From positions 590,706-654,705 of the forward strand of contig CAWGLO010000002.1 in assembly GCA_963823455.1 (NCBI GenBank): a DNA stretch of 64,000 nucleotides, given 5' to 3'. Positions 1 through 8,800 of the stretch are shown piece after piece. The notes beneath the pieces are model-generated. The model did not search any database and had not been told where the DNA came from. It saw only the letters and a program-made list of their open reading frames with translations. Position numbers and translations under genes: made by a program. The stretch's first letter is position 1. Each line of letters opens with the position of its first letter. The stretch comes from an uncultured beta proteobacterium. GTDB lineage: Bacteria; Pseudomonadota; Gammaproteobacteria; Burkholderiales; Rhodocyclaceae.

Positions 1-618
1 CTCCTCGACGAACTGCAGGCCATGCTCTGCGCCATTGTCAGCGGCCCGGCGCCGGTCATGCCCAATGATTGGCTGCCGGCGGTGCTCGGGGAGAATCCGG
101 CCTATGAGAGCCAGGCCCAGGCCGAGGAGGTGATCACGCTCGTCATGCGCTTCTGCAATGACATCGCCACCGCCCTGTCCGAAGAGGAGGGGATCAGTCT
201 GATTCTCTACCCCGTGTCGGAGGGAAGCGAGGAACTCGACTTCGCGGCATGGGCCGACGCCTATCTGTACGGCAGCCAGATCGGCGCCGAGGACTGGTAC
301 GAAGCTGCCGGCGAGCATGCCGAGGACCTGTCCGAGTTGATCGAACCGTTCTTCCTGCTGACCGGAAAGCTCAAGGAGGACGCGCAGGCGCAGGGGGAAA
401 GATGGCTGTCGGCGGCGCAGGAGCAACGCGCGCTCGCGCATGCCCGGGAGGACCTGCCGGAACTGGTGACGGCCCTTTATCAGTTCTGGCAGGTGAAGCG
501 TACGCCGGTGCAGAGCTACCAGCGCGCGTCGCCGAAAATCGGCCGCAACGATCCGTGCCCCTGCGGCAGTGGGCGGAAATACAAGCAGTGCTGCGGCTCG
601 CCGGAGAAGTTGCATTGA
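1..618 (+). CDS. yecA: YecA/UPF0149-family protein with C-terminal SEC-C metal-binding motif; 5' end outside window
   Basis: Frame 1 is open from nt 1. The C-terminus [17 protein letters not shown] is the SEC-C motif, and the body resembles UPF0149/YecA. Confidence 0.75.
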   Translation, partial: LLDELQAMLCAIVSGPAPVMPNDWLPAVLGENPAYESQAQAEEVITLVMRFCNDIATALSEEEGISLILYPVSEGSEELDFAAWADAYLYGSQIGAEDWYEAAGEHAEDLSELIEPFFLLTGKLKEDAQAQGERWLSAAQEQRALAHAREDLPELVTALYQFWQVKRTPVQSYQRASPKIGRNDPCPCGSGRKYKQCCGSPEKLH

Positions 619-937
619 CTTCGCCGGGTTTCGCTTCGAACCAGGCCGCATAACGGCCGAATAGCGCCCCGCTGCCTGCAGGACTCGCCCCGGCGGCGGC
701 CGCAGACCTGTCGGTCAACGAAAGCTTGAGCCTTTCGTGACGGTGCCGTGACTTCTCGCATCGATACTGGCGGCGTGGTTCGATTGCGGCTCGCGCTGAT
801 ATCGGGCTTCCCGTTGCGGGGCGCTGCTACGGACGCGAGGACGCGGCAGGGAAGATTTCCGATTTGAGTCGATCACCCCGCCACGATCGAACCGGGGAAA
901 ATTCGCCACTTTCGATCCGCCATACACTCTTGATCCC

Positions 938-1438
938 ATGAACCGCCGCCATTTCTTCCGCCGCCTTTTCGCCTTGTTCCTGACCCCCGTGCTGCCGGCA
1001 ACCGGCAAGGAGCTTTCTGCCGTGACACCCCTGACGAAATCCAAGTCCGAATGGAAATCCCTGTTACCCGCCGACCGCTACGGCGTGTTGTTCGAGGAGC
1101 ACACCGAGCGTCCCTTCTCCAGTGCGCTCCACGACGAAAAGCGCAGCGGAACCTATGTTTGCGCCGCCTGCGCGCTGCCGCTGTTCGATTCGACGCACAA
1201 GTTCGACAGCGGCACCGGCTGGCCGAGTTTCCGGGATGCGCGCCCCGGAGCGCTCGGCACCCGGACCGATTTCAGGCTCATCTGGCCCCGCACCGAATAC
1301 CATTGCGCCCGATGTGGAGGCCATCAGGGCCACGTCTTCAAGGACGGCCCGGCGCCGACGGGACTGCGCTATTGCAACAACGGCCTGGCGCTGCAGTTCG
1401 TTCCTGCCACCGACACCTTGCCGCCCCTCGGGTCATGA
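938..1438 (+). CDS. msrB: peptide-methionine (R)-S-oxide reductase MsrB with twin-arginine-like leader
   Basis: Two CxxC pairs (CAACALPLF, CARCGGHQGHVF) and GTGWPSF/RYCNNG motifs. The N-terminus is MNRRHFFRRLFALFL. Confidence 0.9.
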   Translation: MNRRHFFRRLFALFLTPVLPATGKELSAVTPLTKSKSEWKSLLPADRYGVLFEEHTERPFSSALHDEKRSGTYVCAACALPLFDSTHKFDSGTGWPSFRDARPGALGTRTDFRLIWPRTEYHCARCGGHQGHVFKDGPAPTGLRYCNNGLALQFVPATDTLPPLGS

Positions 1439-2094
1439 AACGCGTGCTTCGATCGGCTTGTCTGCTCGTGCTGTTCGCCATCGCCGGCTGCCACACGGCG
1501 CAGCGGGACGCCGCTGTCGCCGATGCCCCGCCGGCGCCTGGGGCCACGGCGATCTTTGCCGGCGGCTGCTTCTGGTGCCTGCAGGCCGACTTCGACCGGC
1601 TTCCCGGCGTGGTGAAGACCGAAGCCGGTTACACCGGTGGGCACGTCCTGGACCCGAACTATGGGCAAGTCAGCGGCGGCGGAACCGGGCACGCCGAGGC
1701 GGTGCGCGTGCTCTACGATCCGGAAAAGCTCAGCTACGAGCGCCTGCTGGACTACTTCTGGCGTCAGATCGACCCCACGGTGACGGGCCGCCAGTTCTGC
1801 GACGTCGGCGACCAGTACCGCAGCGCGATCTTCTACCTGGGGGAGGCGCAGCGCGCCGCGGCGCAGGCGAGCAAGGCGGCGCTCGAAGGCAGCCGCTTCG
1901 CGCACATTTACACCGAGATCGTGCCTGCCGTACGGTTCTATCCTGCCGAGGACTACCATCAGGCGTACTACAGGAAGAACCCGATCCGCTACAACTTCTA
2001 CCGCACGAGTTGCGGCCGCGACGCGCGCCTGGACCGACTGTGGGGCGCGAACCCAGCCAACCCTCGAAGCACGGTCGAGCCGGGACAATGGTAG
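1435..2094 (+). CDS. msrA: peptide-methionine (S)-S-oxide reductase MsrA, lipoprotein-type leader
   Basis: GGCFWC active-site motif and YHQAYY. The leader MKRVLRSACLLVLFAIAGC has a lipobox. The ATG overlaps the msrB stop (ATGA). Confidence 0.9.
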   Translation: MKRVLRSACLLVLFAIAGCHTAQRDAAVADAPPAPGATAIFAGGCFWCLQADFDRLPGVVKTEAGYTGGHVLDPNYGQVSGGGTGHAEAVRVLYDPEKLSYERLLDYFWRQIDPTVTGRQFCDVGDQYRSAIFYLGEAQRAAAQASKAALEGSRFAHIYTEIVPAVRFYPAEDYHQAYYRKNPIRYNFYRTSCGRDARLDRLWGANPANPRSTVEPGQW

Positions 2095-2535
2095 TGCGGC
2101 CGGGCAAGCTGCGGACCGATGCCGTGCGCATGAGTGACCACTGAAATCCGGCCAAGGCCGTTGCTGCTGGATAGGGTTCCCGAACGATTGCTTCGCCGTC
2201 AAGTGCCGCCGTCGTCAGATGGGCCGCCTCGCGGCGAGTACGAGAGGATCGCGGCGTACGCGAGCGTTGCCGGTGAATGCCGGAGCAACGCCCTGGGCCA
2301 GACCTGGGAGGCAGTTCGCGCAGCGCCTCGGCATCGGCCAATCCGGATGCCGGCACGCTATGATCACCACGAATGAAGGCCCGGGCGATCGAGGCGGCGC
2401 TGCTGCACAATTCATTCCGAGTCAATTGTGCCAACGAGGGCGGCTTACCAAGGGCGACATGGCCGGGGATGCACCCCTGAGCCGGTCATGCTCGGGCGCC
2501 ACTGCGACTCGTACCTCGGGCAAGGGTCCTGGCGC

Positions 2536-3471
2536 CTATAGCCCCCGCGCCCATGCCGGGCGCAAGGCAGCCGCTTGTGGACTCTCGATCGCGGCACGCA
2601 CCTGCATCAGCAGACGTTCCTTGTCCGCGTTGAGGGTACCCCTGAGCACCAGCCAGTTCGAAGCGTGGTCGCTCCTGAATACCGTCCGGGCGAGTTCGAG
2701 CTGCGAGAGAAAGCGCTCCATCTCCCGGAACAACCCGTCCGGCGCCAGCGGCTCCCAATCCGGAAAGGCGCTGCGAAAGCGCTCCTCCCCCTTGGGAAAG
2801 GTAACGACCAGCGTCGACAGGTATTCGGGTTGCGCGGCATTCGCGAGCCGCGCGGAGCCGTCCGCATGGCGGGCCGAGAAGGCAGCCCCGCCGAGACCGT
2901 TCAGGATCATCACCGAGCGGCCGATGCCCGCCTGGCGCAGCTTCTGCAGCGCGTCCAGGGTCGAGTCGCGGGTTTCGCCCTTATTCACCAACCTCAGCAC
3001 TTCGTCGTCGCCCGACTCCGCGCCGACATAGGCTAGGGCGAGGCCGGCATCGGCCAACTCGCGCAGTTCCGTCACCGACTTCTTGCGCAGGTTGCGGGGC
3101 AGGCAGTAACTCGAGACGCGGTGCACCGCCGGCATGTGGGTGCGGATGGCGACGAGGATGTCGAGCAGCCGCCGCGTGGGCAGCACCAGGGCATCTCCGT
3201 CGGCCAGAAACACACGGCGCACGTCGGGGCCGAAGCGTTCGCCGCAGCGGCGAATGCTCTCCAGCACCTCATGTTCGTCGCGCGCCCGGAAGCGCTTCTG
3301 CGGTTCCGTATACATCTCGCAGAACGTACAGCGGTTCCATGAACAGCCGTCCGTCACGGGCAGGATCAAGGATCGTGCTTCGCTCGGGGGGCGAAACACG
3401 GGATCGACGTAGCGGACGGGGATTGCTTCGCTCATGCGGGCTGGTTTGCGCTGATGGCGGATGGTGGCCAT
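2536..3471 (-). CDS. radical SAM protein (cluster motif CSWNRCTFC, Cx4Cx2C spacing)
   Basis: PVTDGCSWNRCTFCEMY was read directly from the DNA; the body has the general radical-SAM TIM-barrel pattern. An alternative ATG lies at 3435. Confidence 0.75.
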   Translation of the reverse strand: MATIRHQRKPARMSEAIPVRYVDPVFRPPSEARSLILPVTDGCSWNRCTFCEMYTEPQKRFRARDEHEVLESIRRCGERFGPDVRRVFLADGDALVLPTRRLLDILVAIRTHMPAVHRVSSYCLPRNLRKKSVTELRELADAGLALAYVGAESGDDEVLRLVNKGETRDSTLDALQKLRQAGIGRSVMILNGLGGAAFSARHADGSARLANAAQPEYLSTLVVTFPKGEERFRSAFPDWEPLAPDGLFREMERFLSQLELARTVFRSDHASNWLVLRGTLNADKERLLMQVRAAIESPQAAALRPAWARGL

Positions 3472-3506
3472 TCGGCCTGATGTGCCAGGCCCAGGAACTT
3501 GCCGTC

Positions 3507-4547
3507 TCAGTCTCGACTGAACACCTCATTCAACTGCTGCGTGACGCGAATGAACGTCGTGCGCTTGGACAGTTCCTTGAGTCTGCGCGCGCCCACATAG
3601 GTGCAGGCCGAGCGCACCCCGCCCAGGATCTCCTGCACCGTGTTCTCCACCGGTCCCCGGTAATCGAGGAGCACCTCCTTGCCTTCGGCGGCGCGGTACT
3701 CGGCCACGCCCCCGGCATGGCGCTCCATCGCGGCGCGGGAACTCATGCCGTAGAAACGCATCTTGCGCACGCCGTCGCGTTCGACGATCTCGGCATCACA
3801 CTCGTCGTGCCCGGCCAGCATTCCGCCCAGCATCACGAAATCGGCCCCGCCGCCGAAGGCCTTGGCCAGGTCGCCGGGCGAGGCACAGCCGCCGTCGGCG
3901 CAGATCAGCCCGCCAAGACCATGGGCCGCATCCGCGCATTCGATGATCGCCGACAGCTGCGGATAGCCCACCCCGGCCATCTTCCGCGTCGTGCAGACCG
4001 AGCCGGGACCAATGCCGACCTTCACGATGTCAACGCCGTCGAGGGTGAGCTCTTCGGTCATCTCGCCGGTGACGACATTGCCCGCCATGATCGTCACCTG
4101 TGGGTAGGCCGTGCGCAGCTTGTGCAGGAAATCGACGAACGCCTTGGTGTAGCCGTTGGCGACATCGACGCAGACGTACTCGATGGCCTCGCCGGCTTGA
4201 TCCTTCACCCGGCGGAACTTGTCGTAATCCGGCGGGTTGATTCCCATCGAGTAGAACGCGCTGGAATTGACGGCGAGTTCCCGGAAGAACGCGAGCAGCT
4301 CCGCGTCGCCGTAATGCTTGTGCAGGGCCACCGAGAGCTTGTGCCGGGCCAGCGCACGCGCCATCTCGAAGGTCCCGGTGGCGTCCATGTTGGCAGCGAT
4401 GACGGGGATGCCGCGATACGTGCGCCGCGAGTGGAGGAAGACGAACTCGCGCGAGATGTCCACCTCGGAGCGGGAGGTGAGCGTGGAACGCTTGGGGCGG
4501 ATGAGAACATCCTTGAAATCGAGCTTGAGGTCCTGTTCAATTCGCAT
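3507..4547 (-). CDS. guaC: GMP reductase
   Basis: 346 aa with the typical GuaC N-terminus [23 protein letters not shown], plus IMPDH/GMPR-barrel motifs ([11 protein letters not shown]). Confidence 0.9.
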   Translation of the reverse strand: MRIEQDLKLDFKDVLIRPKRSTLTSRSEVDISREFVFLHSRRTYRGIPVIAANMDATGTFEMARALARHKLSVALHKHYGDAELLAFFRELAVNSSAFYSMGINPPDYDKFRRVKDQAGEAIEYVCVDVANGYTKAFVDFLHKLRTAYPQVTIMAGNVVTGEMTEELTLDGVDIVKVGIGPGSVCTTRKMAGVGYPQLSAIIECADAAHGLGGLICADGGCASPGDLAKAFGGGADFVMLGGMLAGHDECDAEIVERDGVRKMRFYGMSSRAAMERHAGGVAEYRAAEGKEVLLDYRGPVENTVQEILGGVRSACTYVGARRLKELSKRTTFIRVTQQLNEVFSRD

Positions 4548-4799
4548 GGCGCGCTCCTGCCCGGTTCATGCGTCGGCCACGACCTGCACGGCGCCACGCG
4601 CCTGCTGCGTCTTGCGTCTGGCCCCGCATGGCGGTCCGGCTATGTGATTTCCTGCCTTCGGAAGCCGATCATATCAGCGCGACGGCGAATCCCTGTGGGC
4701 TGCGCCGATTCCGCGGCCCGGCATGCTTGCATCGCTTGGCTGTTCCGGTGTGCGCTTGCCGCCTCACCGACTGCTCAATCGGTCACGTGCCAACCGCAT

Positions 4800-5501
4800 T
4801 CAGTAGCCGCTGCAGTACTGAAAGTGCATCGGATCCTTGTTGGCGCCAGACCAGCGTCCGCCCCAGGTGAAACCGTAGCCTTCGAACAGCGCCACCAGCG
4901 CCGGGTCCATGTCACCGCGCGTGCCCATCGCGTTGGTGCGCGCGTTCAGGTCGATCGCGATGCCCCAGCTGTGCGTCGAGGGTTTGGACTGGCCGCGCTT
5001 CATGCGCCAGTTGTAGCCGCCCCCATAGGTCTTGACCGATTTCTGCAGGCCCTTGGCCACGATGTCTGCGAACACGTTCTGGAGCAAAGGCGCGATCAGC
5101 TTGTGGCAGCGGATGCTCGAAGCGCTGTGCTGCGGGGCCCAGTCGAGCGGCATCGCAAACGGCATCTTCGCCGACACCATGAACTGGCTCTCCCATTTTG
5201 GGTCGGGCCGGTCGCCATCGCCGACATAATTCCAGATGTTGCCGAAGGTCTGGACGATCGCCTGAAGCCTGTTCGGCGGCGCCGGCCAGGCGGGGACTTC
5301 GCGTACCGCGCGGGCGGCGACGCGCGGCGGATTCAGCTCGCGTACCGACGGGATGTGGATGGCCTGGCCGACGCCAATGTCCTTGGCGTCGAGCAGGCCG
5401 TTGTAGCCGGCAAGCGCGCTGGCAAGCTTGCGGTCACCGAGCAGCCGTTCAGCCACCTTGGCGAGCGTGTCACCTTTTTTCAGGATGTAGGGCTTGGCCA
5501 T
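4800..5501 (-). CDS. LysM domain + M15-family (VanY/M15_4-like) peptidoglycan peptidase, no signal peptide
   Basis: N-terminal LysM (YILKKGDTLAKVAERLLGD...GQAIHIP). C-terminal zinc ligands HSWGIAID and DPMHFQ. GAGGAG lies 8 nt upstream of the ATG at 5501; the track ORF extends to a GTG at 5540. Confidence 0.8.
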   Translation of the reverse strand: MAKPYILKKGDTLAKVAERLLGDRKLASALAGYNGLLDAKDIGVGQAIHIPSVRELNPPRVAARAVREVPAWPAPPNRLQAIVQTFGNIWNYVGDGDRPDPKWESQFMVSAKMPFAMPLDWAPQHSASSIRCHKLIAPLLQNVFADIVAKGLQKSVKTYGGGYNWRMKRGQSKPSTHSWGIAIDLNARTNAMGTRGDMDPALVALFEGYGFTWGGRWSGANKDPMHFQYCSGY

Positions 5502-5536
5502 TGGCAGTATCTCCTCAAGATGCGGTCCAAGTACGG

Positions 5537-5815
5537 TCACTTCTTGCTGCGGCGGGCCTCGCGCCGGGCTGGCGCAGCTACGGGCTCAGCGCCGTGAGGC
5601 GGCGCAGGCCGGTCCTCGCGTGGGCGAACACCGGGGCGGATACGCAGACAAAGTTCGATCAGGCGACTCGCATTGCGGTAGAGCGCCGCGTCGGACTCGG
5701 CCACCGCCAGGGCATCGCAGAAGCGCGACAGCAGTTCCATCTGCGAGACCACCGAGTCAAGCTCAGCGGGCTTGACGGTCACATTGGCGAGTGCCTGGGC
5801 ATAGGCTGCGGCCAC
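5537..5815 (-). CDS. probable C-terminal continuation of the 5763-11522 giant gene, separated by one frame break
   Basis: Its frame reads ...SGQAAFDVVAAAYAQALANV.. straight on from ..LIDGSLGQPG of the big ORF. The two ORFs overlap by 53 nt in different frames. Confidence 0.5.
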   Translation of the reverse strand: MAAAYAQALANVTVKPAELDSVVSQMELLSRFCDALAVAESDAALYRNASRLIELCLRIRPGVRPREDRPAPPHGAEPVAAPARREARRSKK

Positions 5816-8800
5816 GACGTCGAATGCGGCCTGCCCGGACTCCCGGCTGACCCAGACTGCCGTCGATCAGGCGTTCCACCAGCAGCGCCTCGGCCTGCAT
5901 CACGGCACCCCAAAAAGTCGGGCTGCGTGCAAAGCCGAGTTCGGCGCTGCGCCGGCACTGGCGCGCCAGTTCGATTGCCTCCGCCTGACCGGCCTCGTCA
6001 CGCTGCGGCATCAGCGATTCGAGGGCCAGTCGGTTGAGCGCCAGGTTGCTGGAGAACTGGCCGCCGCCCGGGCTGCCCTCGTCACGACCGTAGGCCGCGG
6101 CGCTCTCCCGCAACGCAGCGCGAAGCTCCTGGGCGGCGCTTGGTGCCAGCGACTCGGCCTTGGCCCGGTCTGCCGGCAGCGTTGCCTTGTCGGTGCGTAT
6201 GCGATCGGCTGCCAGGAGGCGCAACGCATACAAGTTCGCCTTGCGCTTGTGGGCGCTGCCCAGCAGCGCGCTGCGTTCAGGGTTGAAGGGCTTCTTCCCC
6301 TGCGCCGCCAGAAGACCTTCGAGCATGCGCAGACGGGTAATCGCCCCCTCGACCAAGGCCTCGGCCGATTCCGTCCCGCTCGCGCCCGACCGGATTTGCC
6401 CGGCCTTCACTGGACGCTTGGCGAGCCGGTCCTTGGCTGGAGCCGACTCGAAGCTTGCGCGGACCTCTTCCCGCGCGCGCTGCTCGCCCAGACGTGCCTC
6501 GACGTTGGCCAGCTTCTCGATGTCGTGGATCGGTACCGAGCCGCCCTTGTCCTCGGCCTGCACCGCGCGCAGCAGTGCCTCGCGCGCCTTGTCGAACTGC
6601 CCGAGTTCATACCAGGTCGCACCGAGCGCCGACTGCAGGCCCGGCACGTCCAGCCAGCCCGGCGGGCAGCGACTCTTCATCATCTCCTCGATGGCCTCGA
6701 CCCCGGCACGGCTGTCTCGGCCGTTCATGCGCTCGCTGCGGCGCGCCAGATCGGCGCGGGAACGGGCCAGTTCGTCCAGCAGTTCCTCGGGAGAGGCGAA
6801 AGGCGACCCGTCAGCCCCCGCCACCCCATCGGCACGTGGTTCAGCGCGCCAGGCCGGGTCGCCATAGGCCTGGAAGGCGCCCCAGGTGATGTCCTGCGAG
6901 TTGTTCTCCCAGACGGCGCGGCGTGCCGCGAACACCGCGTCGCCGAACGGGCGGCGGCGCTGTAGCAGTTCCTGGTAGAAGGTCTCGCCGAAGCGCTGCG
7001 CACCTTGGTCGTCGACGGCCCACCCGGCCACGACGACACAGCGCACACCGATATCGATTAGCTCGCGCGAGACGCTCGCCGCCAGCTTGTTGCCCTGCCG
7101 CCCGACGTCGACCGTTCCGAGATGGCAACAATTGAGGAACACCACATCGGGCACAACCTCCATCGCCTGCACTTCGGCGGCCGTGATGAGCAGACCGTCG
7201 GACAACAGCACGCCACTGCGATGGCGCCCGTCTGCGTGGCGCAGGCCGAACACCCCGTGGGCCGAAACGTGCAGGATGCGCCAGGGCCGGTGGTAAAGCG
7301 CTCCGAGCACGGTGCTCGCCGTGGCACCGCCGATGAGCGGTTTGACGTCATAGCCCATCGCGTTAAGCAGACGCGCCACCGACTCGGCCTCGGCCTGCGC
7401 GCCGGGCAGGTCCGGCGGATCGGACTCGATCTTGGCCTGCGGCGTGGAGAACGCCGCCGCGAAGCCGTTCACCGACGGGTTGCCGATTACCAGCGCAGTG
7501 CGCTCGATGTTCTGCCGCACCTGGCGACGGAACTGCGTCGATGACAGCTGGCGCACGACTGGCATACGCAGCGCGAACGGGCGCTTGTCGTCATCGCCGC
7601 GCTGCGGGTCGTCGGCGAGCATCAGCTCCCACGGCAAGTTGGCCGTGGCGCCGTCGACCACCAGGACCACCCGGTCAAGCTGGCGCGCCGCATCCTTGAA
7701 GTCGAGCGGTACCATCAGCTGGAACAGCATGCGGCCGAAGTCCTCGTTCCACACGGTGTCGTGAATCTGCTGGCGCACCAGGCGCTCGACCAGGCCCGGC
7801 TGGCGCTGCTGCAGCTGCGCCTCGGCGCGCGCGCGCTGGCCGACATAAAGGAAGCGCAGCGTATCGGCGAGTGCCGTGGCCGGGGCATCCCCCTGCCCGG
7901 TTGCGCCACGCGCGTCTTCGCCGTCGGCGGCGGTGACGATCAGACGCGGCCAGTAGCTCGCGCTGCGGCTGTCGAACAAGCGCTGGCGCATGCCCTCTCC
8001 GCGGTCGAGTTCGCGGCTGCACACGAGCTGGGTGTGTTGCTGCTCCGCCTGCGCGGCGAGCCGGCCGGACAGGCTGCGCAGCGCGTAGACCGCGGTGATC
8101 GCGGTATCGAGGTACAACTCGACGATGTCGAGCCGCGAGATGCGGATATTCAGGCGCGTCGTCTCGTAGAAGCGTGCGTTGGCCTCCATCACGCCGCGCA
8201 CCAGCGCCTCGACCGAGGCCTCGACGGTGAGATTGGCCGATGAGTTGTAGCCCAGCAGCAGGGCTGCGAGCGACACCTCGCGGTTATCCTTGCCGAGCAC
8301 ATCGATCACCTGCAGCAGGTAGCGCAGTGCGCCGGCGCGCACCGCCTCGGTGAGGTTGCTCGGGGTCAGTGCGCCGTCGTACCCGCCGAGGCCGGTCACC
8401 ACCGCCCCGCGCAGGCTCCCGCGCGCCCGTTCTGCCTCGTTGGGCGCGCGAAGCACCACCGTCGCAGTGCCTATCGGGCCGGCATACAGGCCCAGGCTGT
8501 GTCGCTCGCTCAGATCCCCCGCGAGCAGTTCGCGGTCGATCAGACCCTGCGGACCTGCGATCGGATCCTGCTCGTAGTGTCCCACCATGATTGGTTGGGC
8601 GAGGAAACGCAGGTCCTTGCACTGCACCCGGACCTCGAGCCGGCGCATGCGGCGCGGCGGCACGCGGTTGCGCAACGAGCCGCCGAGCAAAGCGCGGCCG
8701 ACCATGTCCGGATCGTCCGCGCTCGGCGGACCGGCGTCGTAGCTGACCGGCTGCGGCTGCTCGATAGCACGCGAGACCGGCGGCGCACTCAACAGCCGAC

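Noticed and set aside
3339-5597. 752-aa plus-strand ORF spanning guaC and the M15 peptidase gene
   Set aside because: It is an antisense shadow ORF typical of high-GC DNA. It is Arg/Ala/Gly/His-rich with no motif, while both minus-strand genes have clear family signatures.
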